Positions 8,902 through 18,200 of a DNA stretch of 64,000 bases are shown here, one piece after another. The position numbers and the translations under genes are program-made. Each line of letters starts with the position of its first letter. Position 1 is the stretch's first letter. The notes beneath the pieces were generated by a model. It saw only the letters and a program-made list of their open reading frames with translations. It searched no databases and was not told where the DNA came from. The DNA comes from an uncultured Candidatus Saccharibacteria bacterium (GTDB lineage Bacteria; Patescibacteriota; Minisyncoccia; 2-02-FULL-40-12; GWA2-44-9), in NCBI GenBank assembly GCA_964513645.1, contig CAZENF010000002.1, positions 8,090 to 72,089 of the forward strand. Reading direction: 5' to 3'.

Positions 8902-10992
8902 ATGAACCTCGTCATTGTCGAATCACCAACCAAAGCCAAAACCATTTCCCGCTTCCTGGGAGGAGATTTTGTCGTGAAATCATCCTACGGTCATGTCCGC
9001 GACTTACCCAAAAAAGAACTTGGCGTTGATACTGAACACGACTTTGAACCAAAGTATGTGATTCCGACCAAAGCCCGCAAAAATGTAACCGATCTTAAAA
9101 AAACGGCCGAGAAGTCTGACACGATAATTCTCGCAACTGACGAGGACCGCGAAGGCGAATCTATCTCCTGGCATTTGGTCAAAGCTCTCGGCTTGGATGG
9201 TTCGGGAACAAAAAAAACGACCGCCAAATTAAAAAATAAAGAACCAAAAAAAATAGAACGGATAGTCTTCCACGAAATAACCAAGTCCGCCATTGAACAT
9301 GCTTTGAAAAATCCCAGGACCATCGACCAAGACCTGGTTGATGCCCAGCAGGCCAGGCGCGTACTCGACCGCTTAGTAGGTTACAAACTCTCACCTTTTC
9401 TATGGAAAAAAGTGGCCAGAGGACTTTCAGCCGGACGCGTTCAATCAGTCGCGGTCAGATTAGTGGTTGAGAGGGAGCGGGAAATAGAAAAATTCAAAGC
9501 TGATGAATATTGGACCATAACCGCCAATTTATCGGCCGGTTCGGATGCCCAGAAAATATTTCCCGCAAATCTTATAAAGATAGGCGATAAATCTCTTGAA
9601 AAATTAGATATCAAAAACCAGGCAGAGGCCGATAAGATCGTAAAAGACCTCGAAAACGCAAAATATACGGTCCAAAATGTTGAACGGAACGAGGTCAGCC
9701 GCTCACCGATGTCGCCTTTTACAACCAGCACCCTCCAACAGGATGCGGCTAAAAAACTTCACTTCTCGGCAAAACAAACAATGATGTTCGCCCAGCAATT
9801 ATACGAAGGAGTTGAACTTGGTGCCGAAGGTTCTGTCGGTCTCATCACTTATATGAGAACTGATTCGGTCAATCTTTCCGAAGAGTCACTGACAAGAGCC
9901 AAAGATTTTATCACTAAAAGTTTCGGCGCTAATTATTTTGAACAAAGACGTTTTAAGACCAAATCAAAAACCGCCCAGGAAGCTCATGAAGCGGTCAGAC
10001 CGACCGAACCGGAACGCACACCGGACAGTGTCAGAACCTATCTTTCACCCCAGCAATTCAAACTTTACGAACTTATCTGGCGCCGTTTCACAGCTTCACA
10101 GATGACTAAAGCCGTATTTGATTCGACCGCGATCGATATTGCGACCAAGAATTATACTTTCCGGGCCAACGGCCAGACGATGAAATTCGATGGATTCCTC
10201 AAAGTTTATCCCGTTAAATACGAAGAAAATGAACTGCCGGTTGTAAAAGCCGGTGAGGAACTTGAGTTCAAAGAACTCAAACCGGAACAGCATTTCACCA
10301 AACCGCCAGCCAGATTCAACGAGGCTTCTATTATCAAAACTCTCGAAAAAGAAGGTATTGGCCGGCCGTCGACTTACGCTCCGATAATTTCTACTATCGT
10401 CGCCCGGAACTATGTGAACAAAGACCGTTCACGATACTTCCATCCGACCGAAATAGGCATCATGGTCAACGATCTTTTAGTTCAGCATTTCCCGAATATC
10501 GTCGATATAAAATTCACTTCAAAAATGGAAGGTCAGCTTGATGAGATAGCGGACGGAAAAATGAAATGGACCCCGGTCATCAGCGAATTCTATGGCCCGT
10601 TTGCCGAGAATTTGAAAGCTAAATATGAAGAAGTGTCTAAAGAAGAAGTGACCAAACAGGAAGACACCGGCCTACTTTGTGAAAAGTGCGGAAGTAAAAT
10701 GATAGTCAGAATGGGCCGCTATGGTAAGTTTATCGCCTGCTCCAACTTCCCGACCTGTAAAAATATATTAAAAGAAAAGAAAGAAGGAGCCGAACCGGAA
10801 AAGACCGGCGAGAAATGCGACAAATGCGGCGAAGGAGAGATGGTCATAAGAATAGGCCGATTCGGTAAGTTTATCGCCTGCAGTCGCTATCCTAAATGCA
10901 AAAATACAAAAAAGATACCCAAGAACCCCGAAGCATCTCCGGCTGAAGAACAAAAAAGCCCTCAAATTGAAAACGAACCGGCAAAAGAGTAG
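8902..10992 (+). CDS. topA: DNA topoisomerase I with C-terminal zinc ribbons
   Basis: A TOPRIM N-terminus MNLVIVESPTKAKTI and two C-terminal CxxC...CxxC zinc fingers. Confidence 0.92.
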   Translation: MNLVIVESPTKAKTISRFLGGDFVVKSSYGHVRDLPKKELGVDTEHDFEPKYVIPTKARKNVTDLKKTAEKSDTIILATDEDREGESISWHLVKALGLDGSGTKKTTAKLKNKEPKKIERIVFHEITKSAIEHALKNPRTIDQDLVDAQQARRVLDRLVGYKLSPFLWKKVARGLSAGRVQSVAVRLVVEREREIEKFKADEYWTITANLSAGSDAQKIFPANLIKIGDKSLEKLDIKNQAEADKIVKDLENAKYTVQNVERNEVSRSPMSPFTTSTLQQDAAKKLHFSAKQTMMFAQQLYEGVELGAEGSVGLITYMRTDSVNLSEESLTRAKDFITKSFGANYFEQRRFKTKSKTAQEAHEAVRPTEPERTPDSVRTYLSPQQFKLYELIWRRFTASQMTKAVFDSTAIDIATKNYTFRANGQTMKFDGFLKVYPVKYEENELPVVKAGEELEFKELKPEQHFTKPPARFNEASIIKTLEKEGIGRPSTYAPIISTIVARNYVNKDRSRYFHPTEIGIMVNDLLVQHFPNIVDIKFTSKMEGQLDEIADGKMKWTPVISEFYGPFAENLKAKYEEVSKEEVTKQEDTGLLCEKCGSKMIVRMGRYGKFIACSNFPTCKNILKEKKEGAEPEKTGEKCDKCGEGEMVIRIGRFGKFIACSRYPKCKNTKKIPKNPEASPAEEQKSPQIENEPAKE

Positions 10993-11006
10993 TATAGAGC
11001 TACTAT

Positions 11007-12743
11007 ATGGTTCCTGTTCTCGAAAAAATACTCGAAAACCAAAATTTCTCCGAATTAGACAAGAACCTGATACAAAAGGCTTACAATACCGCCGAACTCG
11101 CCCATCGCGGACAAAAACGCCTTTCAGGAGAAGATTACATAACCCATCCCTTGAGTGCGGCTTATTTTTTGATGGGCCTCGGCATGGATGCAACAACCAT
11201 TGCCGCCTGCATCCTTCACGACACGATTGAAGATACTGGCATTAGGCCTGAAGATATCAAGCGTGATTTCGGGCAGGAAGTACTTTTCCTGGTCGAAGGT
11301 GTGACAAAGCTCGGCAAAATAGAATATTCGCCTGATTTTCCAAATAAAAAAACCGCTTTAGAAAATATAAACTCTCTTAAAAAAATGCTTTTCGCAATGG
11401 CTGAAGATATACGGGTAATTATCATAAAGTTAGCCGACCGTTATCACAACTTGGAAACCCTGAAATATCAGAGCGATGTTTCTCAAAAAAGGATAGCTCT
11501 CGAAACACTTGAGATATATGCTCCCATCGCCGCCCGCCTCGGCATGGGAAAATTAAAAGGCCAGCTTGAGGATATGGCCTTTCCTTATGTTTACCCCAAA
11601 GAATATGCCTGGCTTGTAAAAAACATCAAAAGCAAATATAGAGATCTGGCCGATTATCTTGAAAGGACAAAACCTATAATCCGTAAAAACCTTACCGATA
11701 ACGGCATTACTATTATAGATATTCATTCACGGGCCAAACATTACTACAGTCTTTACAACAAAATCATAAAACACGGCATGGATTCGGAAAAAATATTCGA
11801 CCTGGTAGCAATGAGGGTACTCGTTCCGGATGTCAGGTCTTGCTACGAAGCTCTCGGCGTTATTCACAAATACTACAAACCCCTGCCTGGACTGGTCAAA
11901 GATTATATCGCAGTTCCTAAACCCAACGGTTATCAGTCTCTCCACACCACTATTTTCTGTGAAAAAGGTAAAATAGTCGAAATACAGATAAGAACTCCGG
12001 AGATGCATAAACATGCCGAGAACGGAATTGCCGCACATTGGGCATATTCTGAAAGCGGCAAAAGAAAGGTTTTTAAAGCAGACCTCGAGGAAACCCGCTG
12101 GGTGAATCAGCTTAAACAATTCCTTCAGGAAATGAAACCGAACGAAGGTTTGTCCGGTTTGAAAATTGATTTCTTTAAGAACCGGATATTCGCATTTACT
12201 CCAATGGGCGATGTTAAAGATCTACCAGAAGGGGCGACGCCTGTCGATTTTGCTTATGCCATTCATACTGGCCTGGGTCATTCTTTAAAAGGCGCGACTG
12301 TGAACGGAAAAATGGTTTCGCTTGAATATCATCTTCAAAACGGAGATGTGGTTGAAATAATAAAAGGCAAGACGTTGAAGCCTTCTTTTGACTGGCTGAA
12401 GATAGTAAAAACCAATGAAGCCAAGAAAAAAATAAAAGCATGGTTTGTAAATGAGGAAAAGAAATCTCATGAAGGCGAAAAAACAGACTTGGGTGATAAA
12501 AAATACAATAAGCCGAAGAAAAAGATAATTGTTAAACAAGTCAAAAAAGGAGTGCCGGTTATCCAAGGTCAGACCGGGTTAATGTATAAAATAGCCCGAT
12601 GTTGCAACCCTAAAACCGGAGACAAGATAAAAGGTTACATGACCTTAAATCAGGGGGTAAGTATTCATAACATTACCTGCTCAAACCTTAAAAAATCATC
12701 CTCAAACGGAAAAAGAATACTCAATGTAAAGTGGAAGATTTAA
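11007..12743 (+). CDS. RelA/SpoT-family (p)ppGpp synthetase/hydrolase
   Basis: An HD domain (HRGQKR.SGEDYITHP), a synthetase motif (RAKHYYSLYNKI) and a TGS-like GDVVEI segment. Confidence 0.85.
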   Translation: MVPVLEKILENQNFSELDKNLIQKAYNTAELAHRGQKRLSGEDYITHPLSAAYFLMGLGMDATTIAACILHDTIEDTGIRPEDIKRDFGQEVLFLVEGVTKLGKIEYSPDFPNKKTALENINSLKKMLFAMAEDIRVIIIKLADRYHNLETLKYQSDVSQKRIALETLEIYAPIAARLGMGKLKGQLEDMAFPYVYPKEYAWLVKNIKSKYRDLADYLERTKPIIRKNLTDNGITIIDIHSRAKHYYSLYNKIIKHGMDSEKIFDLVAMRVLVPDVRSCYEALGVIHKYYKPLPGLVKDYIAVPKPNGYQSLHTTIFCEKGKIVEIQIRTPEMHKHAENGIAAHWAYSESGKRKVFKADLEETRWVNQLKQFLQEMKPNEGLSGLKIDFFKNRIFAFTPMGDVKDLPEGATPVDFAYAIHTGLGHSLKGATVNGKMVSLEYHLQNGDVVEIIKGKTLKPSFDWLKIVKTNEAKKKIKAWFVNEEKKSHEGEKTDLGDKKYNKPKKKIIVKQVKKGVPVIQGQTGLMYKIARCCNPKTGDKIKGYMTLNQGVSIHNITCSNLKKSSSNGKRILNVKWKI

Positions 12744-12814
12744 TTCAAGTATCCTTAATATAAAATTATAAAGATTAATATTTTGATATGAATCTTTATT
12801 AATCTTTATTAATA

Positions 12815-13546
12815 CTATAATAATTCTCTTGTTATACCCTTCATCCATCCGGCTATTTGTCTTGCCAACATAGAACTTGATGAAACTCTTACTCTTAAGA
12901 GCCCAAATTTACCTCCCTTAAAACTGTGGATATTCTTCTTTTTATTAGCAGTTCTCTGAAAATATACATATCTAAAATTAATCTCCGGAAAACCTGTTAC
13001 TTCTGACCAGTATTCTATATTTTCGAGAGTTACTCTTTTTTGATCTTCAGAAGGTATGTTTTTCTTGTGTCTGTGGTCTTTTATGAAAAGGTCGAATTTA
13101 ATTTCTTTATCTTCAACGTTTCCTATCTCCTGAAGCCATTTTAAGAATATTTTTATCAGATAAGGATCAGTGTTTGTAAAATTAACCCCTTTGCGAAGCT
13201 GTCCTCCGTCATTCAATAATAATCTTTCATGCCAGCATAACATGATGCCCATTAACCAAAGTTCCTTTTTAGAAATTTTTCTTATTTCTTTAGCAGACGA
13301 GAGTTTTATATCCTCTATTATCTTTAAAGTTCTAACTTTTCTCTTTTCTGAATTACTTCGGGCAATGGCTATCATTTTGTTCTTTAATTTTTCTGCTTGA
13401 GGTCCGGTAAGTTTTGTGTTTTTTAACCAAAAAGCTATCGTCGACTTTGGAATGTGCATTGCGTTCTCGATCTCCGAATAAGAATACCCGCGTTTCCGCA
13501 TATCGATGACGATATTTTTTTTATAATTTTCTAAATATTGGCTCAT
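12815..13546 (-). CDS. HTH-domain protein, possibly a free-standing LAGLIDADG-like homing endonuclease
   Basis: The N-terminus has a resolvase-type HTH (SYSEIENAMHIPKSTIAFWLK). The segment YLIKIFLKWLQEIGNV resembles the conserved FLDKLVDEIGVGYV region of I-CreI-type enzymes. The surroundings are AT-rich. Confidence 0.35.
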   Translation of the reverse strand: MSQYLENYKKNIVIDMRKRGYSYSEIENAMHIPKSTIAFWLKNTKLTGPQAEKLKNKMIAIARSNSEKRKVRTLKIIEDIKLSSAKEIRKISKKELWLMGIMLCWHERLLLNDGGQLRKGVNFTNTDPYLIKIFLKWLQEIGNVEDKEIKFDLFIKDHRHKKNIPSEDQKRVTLENIEYWSEVTGFPEINFRYVYFQRTANKKKNIHSFKGGKFGLLRVRVSSSSMLARQIAGWMKGITRELL

Positions 13547-13777
13547 GTTCCTAAAATGTAGATTAAAATCTTTATTCGGGACAAAAATTTGATCTAAAAT
13601 ATCTATTTGACCTTCTGAAATTTATGTTATGAAATAGTATTAGACATGGTATATCATAACTAATTAAATAGTATCACTGTACAATATTTATTCAAAGTAG
13701 CTTATACACAGTCTATATTACTTAATTTTAGACTTATTTAGACCAGATATCAGATATTCTCAAATAAAAACCGGTAT

Positions 13778-14221
13778 TTAACCGGTATTTCTGACCCTGC
13801 ATTCAACGCTCAAGCATGGCTCATATCCATCTTTCACACCATAATCTGTTAAATATGTAGCATATGCTATCGGCAATTGTTCCAATAGGAGCAGAGATTT
13901 TGATCTTATATCCTCCATTGAATTAAATTCCGCCGGATCTACTCCACCTTTCCACCCATCTTCGATGAGCACATAGACCCAATTATGGGCTGTTCCGCTC
14001 CCCTGCCTGACGCTTACCTTGAGACAAGGATACAAAGCTTTTACCGCCTTTTTGACCAACCGGCATCTTATTTTCTTAAAGTCCTTGTAGCTTACTTTAT
14101 TGAAATCTATTGGCATTGCCGTTTTATGCGCCAGCTTATATCCGGGGTCGTTTTGTATCGCCTTCAGCATTAATTCAAAATCGGCTTTATCAACCTGATT
14201 AAGTCCGTTCGGACCACCCAT
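13778..14221 (-). CDS. Hypothetical protein
   Basis: A 147-aa ORF with no recognisable motif, followed by a CCGGT-taaat-ACCGG hairpin plus T-run terminator at 13757-13775. Confidence 0.4.
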   Translation of the reverse strand: MGGPNGLNQVDKADFELMLKAIQNDPGYKLAHKTAMPIDFNKVSYKDFKKIRCRLVKKAVKALYPCLKVSVRQGSGTAHNWVYVLIEDGWKGGVDPAEFNSMEDIRSKSLLLLEQLPIAYATYLTDYGVKDGYEPCLSVECRVRNTG

Positions 14222-14294
14222 ACATATTATCCTTGTCTATAAAACAGCTTGGGTCAGTTTATTATATTGATAAGCCAATTACAACTATCCATAA

Positions 14295-14330
14295 CCAAAA
14301 ACCCTCCGCTAACTAGCGGAGGGTTTTTGG
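14295..14330. terminator. Rho-independent terminator, bidirectional, 16-bp perfect stem
   Basis: ccaaaaaccctccgct-aact-agcggagggtttttgg, flanked by A and T runs, lies downstream of the parB stop. Confidence 0.7.
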
Positions 14331-14346
14331 TTAATACTCTGTGCTT

Positions 14347-15234
14347 CTAATCTATTATCTTCTTTGCCACTTTATTGAGTTCCTGGAGTGAAGCAAATTT
14401 GATAACAATATGACCACCTTTGTCAGTCGAGCGGATAAGCACGGGAACCCTTAACATCTCTCCGAGGTTCTTTTCGAGGGTCTGGAAGCGGTTAACTTCC
14501 TGGGAGGACAACTTAGCTTTTTTGGATTTAGATGGCTTGGAGGTAGAGGCCATTTGTTCTACATCTTTTGAGGATAGGCGGCCGCCCAAGATGTGGCTAT
14601 AGACCTCACGCTGCCTGGATTCATCATTAAAAGCGAGGAGGGCTCTGGCATGGGCGCGGGTCAAAATCCCGCTCCTTAAGGACTCTTTTATGTCTTTGGG
14701 GAGGTTCAGAAGACGTATGGCATTAGCTACAACTTCCCTTGATTTGCCAACCTTGTTTGCAACGTCCTGCTGGGTAAGCTTGAACTCCTTGATAAGCCGG
14801 TCATAAGCCTCGGCTTCTTCAACCGGATTGAGATCTTTTCTTTGGACATTCTCGATAAGAGCCACTTCGAGTTTGAGACTTTTACTGTTAAAATCATCCC
14901 TGATAACAACCGGCACTTGTGCTAATCCCGCAAGCTGGGATGCCCTCAAACGCCTCTCCCCGGCAATAAGCTGATAATAGACATTAAGTCCTCGTGAACT
15001 TTGTTCTTCCATTTTAGAAACTAATAACGGCTGCAGGACACCATATTTCTGGATAGAGCGGGAAAGTTCTTTCAAACCTTCCTGGTCAAAATCCTGACGA
15101 GGCTGGTCAGGGTTAGGTTTGATCTTGTTTATCTCCACATAAAACACATTCTCCTTGGGAGAATCTGGATGCATTTGTTTTGATCTTGGAATAAGAGATT
15201 CAAGGCCCCTGCCTAAACCAAAGGTTTTCTTCAT
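14347..15234 (-). CDS. parB: Chromosome partitioning protein ParB/Spo0J
   Basis: The LIAGERR motif and a ParB N-terminal domain with an HTH. Confidence 0.85.
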   Translation of the reverse strand: MKKTFGLGRGLESLIPRSKQMHPDSPKENVFYVEINKIKPNPDQPRQDFDQEGLKELSRSIQKYGVLQPLLVSKMEEQSSRGLNVYYQLIAGERRLRASQLAGLAQVPVVIRDDFNSKSLKLEVALIENVQRKDLNPVEEAEAYDRLIKEFKLTQQDVANKVGKSREVVANAIRLLNLPKDIKESLRSGILTRAHARALLAFNDESRQREVYSHILGGRLSSKDVEQMASTSKPSKSKKAKLSSQEVNRFQTLEKNLGEMLRVPVLIRSTDKGGHIVIKFASLQELNKVAKKIID

Positions 15235-15236
15235 AA

Positions 15237-16001
15237 TTAGCCTGTTAATTTAATTACCTCTTCCGCTAATCGCCGATATTCATCGGCGGCTTTTGAATTG
15301 GGACTGAACTGGATTATCGGCTTACCGTAACTTGGAGCTTCAGCCAGATCGATCGTTCTTGAGATAGATGTTTCGAACACTCTTCCAGTAAAATTCTTAT
15401 GGACCTCGTTCATTACATGGCGGTTCAATTGATTCCTCTTATCATACATTGTAAGCAATACCCCAAGTACTTGCAAATCCGGGTTGAGGCCCTGCTTTAC
15501 CAGATCAATAGCATAAACCAGTTGGCTAAGACCTTCTAAAGCATAGTACTCACACTGGACCGGTATCAGAACATGATCCGCAGCAGTTAAAGCATTTATC
15601 GTCAAAAGTCCGAGCGAGGGCGGACAGTCAATCAGAATATAGTCGTAATTCATCCTTAAAGAACCCAGGGCCTTCTTGAGGCGGTATTCCCTCTCCCCCA
15701 TCGATACAAGCTCAACCGTCGCTCCGGCAAGCGCTTGGGTCGCCGGAAGAACATCAAAACCGAAGATGGAGGTTTTCTTTATCATTGTCAGGGGGTTCTG
15801 GTCGTTAACGATCGCATGATAGACATTATCGCTCTCTAACGCTAAATTAATGCCCAAACCGCCGGTAGCGTTGGCCTGGGAGTCCATATCTACCAAAAGG
15901 ACGTATTTGCCCAAGGCAGCCAAATAAGCTCCGAGGTTAATGGCCGTGGTGGTTTTACCGACTCCGCCCTTGGCATTACAGATTGTGAGTATTCTTGCCA
16001 T
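15237..16001 (-). CDS. parA: Chromosome partitioning ATPase ParA/Soj
   Basis: The deviant Walker A KGGVGKTT is present. Confidence 0.9.
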   Translation of the reverse strand: MARILTICNAKGGVGKTTTAINLGAYLAALGKYVLLVDMDSQANATGGLGINLALESDNVYHAIVNDQNPLTMIKKTSIFGFDVLPATQALAGATVELVSMGEREYRLKKALGSLRMNYDYILIDCPPSLGLLTINALTAADHVLIPVQCEYYALEGLSQLVYAIDLVKQGLNPDLQVLGVLLTMYDKRNQLNRHVMNEVHKNFTGRVFETSISRTIDLAEAPSYGKPIIQFSPNSKAADEYRRLAEEVIKLTG

Positions 16002-16199
16002 TTATAACTTGCTGGCCGCTCCGCTAATCGCCTGGGGCGATTAAAGCGGTAAGCTCTTGGCCAATATCCAGCCCGAATCGCAACGATTCGTTGCGGGCGG
16101 GTTTCGTTAGAAGCTCCGTTCCTCCTTCACCATAGTTATACTATGGCTCAGTCCGGTACTCGCTTCTGCCTCAATCTTGGCCAAGCCAGCTGCGTTCTA
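16002..16199. repeat. MITE-like repeat element, copy A (198 bp) with imperfect terminal inverted repeats
   Basis: The left end ttataacttgctggccgct abuts the parA ATG. The right end tgcctcaatcttggccaagccagctgcgttctaa is 39/40 identical to the end of copy B at 24818-24973. Internal perfect hairpins include cgcaacg-att-cgttgcg and ccatagt-tata-actatgg. Confidence 0.55.
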
Positions 16200-16329
16200 A
16201 GTATTGATAAGTAAGTATTTTAATTTTATACTCTCCGCCCGAACTTTTCAAATCAAATAAGACTTATTTAAGAAATAAGTTCTTTATTTGAAAAAATCCG
16301 GAAAAGTGATAGAATTACAGGATATTGGG

Positions 16330-16414
16330 GCCCGAGTGGCGGAATTGGCATACGCGCACGACTCAAAATCGTGTGTCCTTACGGACTTGTGGGTTCAACT
16401 CCCACCTCGGGCAC
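16330..16414 (+). tRNA. tRNA-Leu (anticodon CAA)
   Basis: The acceptor gcccgag/ctcgggc, a long variable arm, and the anticodon loop ctCAAaa give a cloverleaf very close to E. coli tRNA-Leu. Confidence 0.85.
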
Positions 16415-16417
16415 ATT

Positions 16418-16455
16418 AAACATAAAGCTGACCCTTAGGGTCAGCTTTATGTTTC
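16418..16455 (+). terminator. Terminator hairpin after tRNA-Leu
   Basis: aaacataaagctgaccc-tta-gggtcagctttatgttt forms a 16-bp stem. Confidence 0.6.
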
Positions 16456-16468
16456 CCACCCCGTCTAC

Positions 16469-16496
16469 TTGCATTAAAAATAAAATAGTATATAAT
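16469..16496 (+). promoter_or_regulatory. Sigma70-like promoter (TTGCAT, 16-bp spacer, TATAAT) for the small ORF at 16525
   Basis: Direct reading. The -10 region is embedded in TAGTATATAAT, which recurs upstream of rpsP and of the rplK-insert ORF. Confidence 0.5.
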
Positions 16497-16524
16497 ATGA
16501 AGGTTGGCCTTCAGAGGAGCTTCC

Positions 16525-16755
16525 ATGGAAATTAGCGAGCGGCTGTTGACTGTCTGGATGTACAAGTTTTTACTTGGCAATCTTTCAAAAGAAAAGACGG
16601 AAAAACTCAAAAAAACAATCCTTGAAAGATACAGCAAGCGTCAAATGAATTCTAACCTTGAAAGACAGTTGGTAGCCGCATTCACTGTTAATCGCAAGTC
16701 CAGAGAATACTTAGGTGAGCTTCTCGACGACTGGGAGAGACGACTCTCCAGATAA
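16525..16755 (+). CDS. Hypothetical small protein (76 aa)
   Basis: An AGGAGC ribosome-binding site lies 6 nt upstream of ATG 16525. The ORF is followed by the terminator at 16754-16777. Confidence 0.4.
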   Translation: MEISERLLTVWMYKFLLGNLSKEKTEKLKKTILERYSKRQMNSNLERQLVAAFTVNRKSREYLGELLDDWERRLSR

Positions 16756-17280
16756 TGCCCTTCGGGGCATTTTTTGTTGAAAAAAATTAAAAGCTACGGC
16801 CGTCAGGATACCCAGAACAGCTCCAGCCACTATATCATACGGCCAGTGAACCCCGCCATATATTCTTGCAAAACCCATCAGACAGGCCGCGGTCAGATAC
16901 AGCCAGCCGTATTTTTTGTTATACAGCCAGACCGCCATTGCTAAAGCGAAGTAAAAAGCGGCATGCCCCGAAGGAAAAGAATATTCATTTTCCTTGGGAA
17001 GCAAAAGATGGACGCTCTGCAAAACCACAAACGGCCTTGGATGATGATAAAAGTACCTTATTATAACAACAAATATAAATCTTGAAACAAAAGCCGAAAC
17101 CAAAGCTAAGATAACCATCGGTCTATATTTCTTGCGTTCAAACCAGAGAAATACTCCTAAACTGGCAATAAGAACATATCCGAACTTATCAGCCGCAAAA
17201 ACCATCAGCTTATCAAGCAGCGGATTTTGGCCAGCCCAGGAATTTATCAATTGGAATAATATATAGTTCATCCCGTACAA
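16711..17280 (-). CDS. PAP2 family phosphatase (undecaprenyl-diphosphatase / phosphatidic acid phosphatase-like)
   Basis: Motifs KENEYSFPSGH and YGGVHWPYDIVAG are present, and the protein is multi-transmembrane. Confidence 0.7.
   Translation of the reverse strand: MYGMNYILFQLINSWAGQNPLLDKLMVFAADKFGYVLIASLGVFLWFERKKYRPMVILALVSAFVSRFIFVVIIRYFYHHPRPFVVLQSVHLLLPKENEYSFPSGHAAFYFALAMAVWLYNKKYGWLYLTAACLMGFARIYGGVHWPYDIVAGAVLGILTAVAFNFFQQKMPRRALSGESSLPVVEKLT
16754..16777 (+). terminator. Rho-independent terminator
   Basis: aatgccc-ttcg-gggcatt followed by tttttt. Confidence 0.65.
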
Positions 17281-17387
17281 AATCGCCGCTGCGCAGTTAG
17301 AAGGTCAATCGTTATTGCGCAAGAGTGACGTTATTTTTAATATAAATTTTGACTCGTTTAACCCGTACTGGCGATTTTGTACGGGAT

Positions 17388-18200
17388 TCACAAGTTTAAT
17401 TTTACCAGATTCATCAAAACAGTAGCAATTACTACCGGACCCATTCCGCCCGGAACTGGAGTGAAGAGCGAGGCTACGCTCGAAACTGAATCTCCGTCCA
17501 TATCCCCGACCATCTTGCCATCTTTTTTCTCATAACCAAAATCAAAGGCGACAACTCCCTTTTTTAACATATCGCCGGTTATAATGCCAGGTTTACCGAC
17601 GCCCGAAACCACAATGTCCGCTCTTTTGACTCCTTCTTCAAAATCTTTAGTCTTGCTTCTTATCCGGATAACTCTGGCTCCGGCTGCTTCAAGCCAATGA
17701 GCTATCGGTTTGCCGATAAGCATGCCTTGCCCAAACACGGCAACGGTCCTGTCTTTAACATTGATACCATTCCTCTCGATGATTATCCTGACCGCCTCTA
17801 CCGCTGGTGGAAATATTTTTGATGCATTTTCATAGAACAGTTCCTGACTTTCGTCCGACAAAACATCCACATCCTTGGAAACCGGTACCGAACTTAGTAC
17901 TTCGGAAGCATTAATATGTTCGGGTAATGGCAATTCGATTAAAACCCCGTCGGCCCTGGCTGAAATAGCCGCCGATTCCTCCTTTAGTTTTTGAGTAGTT
18001 ATATCTTCAGGAAATTCGCACATCTTAAAACTTACTCCGATCTTTTCCGCCGCCTTGCCTTTTAACTCAACAAATTTTTTAAATTCAGGGCTTGTCCCGA
18101 CTAAAACAGCTGCCAATTGCAGCTTTAGATCCTTGTCTTCAACTTCTTTTTTGAGCTGATTTAAAAGCTCTTCGGCGATAAGCCGACCCTGAATTATCAT
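17388..18200 (-). CDS. folD: Bifunctional methylene-THF dehydrogenase/cyclohydrolase
   Basis: FolD-like sequence at ~270 aa. It overlaps glyA by 4 nt. Confidence 0.88.
   Translation of the reverse strand: MIIQGRLIAEELLNQLKKEVEDKDLKLQLAAVLVGTSPEFKKFVELKGKAAEKIGVSFKMCEFPEDITTQKLKEESAAISARADGVLIELPLPEHINASEVLSSVPVSKDVDVLSDESQELFYENASKIFPPAVEAVRIIIERNGINVKDRTVAVFGQGMLIGKPIAHWLEAAGARVIRIRSKTKDFEEGVKRADIVVSGVGKPGIITGDMLKKGVVAFDFGYEKKDGKMVGDMDGDSVSSVASLFTPVPGGMGPVVIATVLMNLVKLNL

Noticed and set aside
8082-12566. Antisense and out-of-frame ORFs of 60-130 aa within dprA, topA and relA (for example 8183..8431, 8991..9323, 11727..12119)
   Set aside because: They lie wholly inside well-supported conserved genes on the opposite strand or another frame and have low-complexity translations.
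16002-16199. Integron attC site or oriC (DnaA boxes) upstream of parA
   Set aside because: The element ends do not fit the RYYYAAC/GTTRRRY attC cores. No TTATCCACA-type DnaA boxes were found in 16002-16330.
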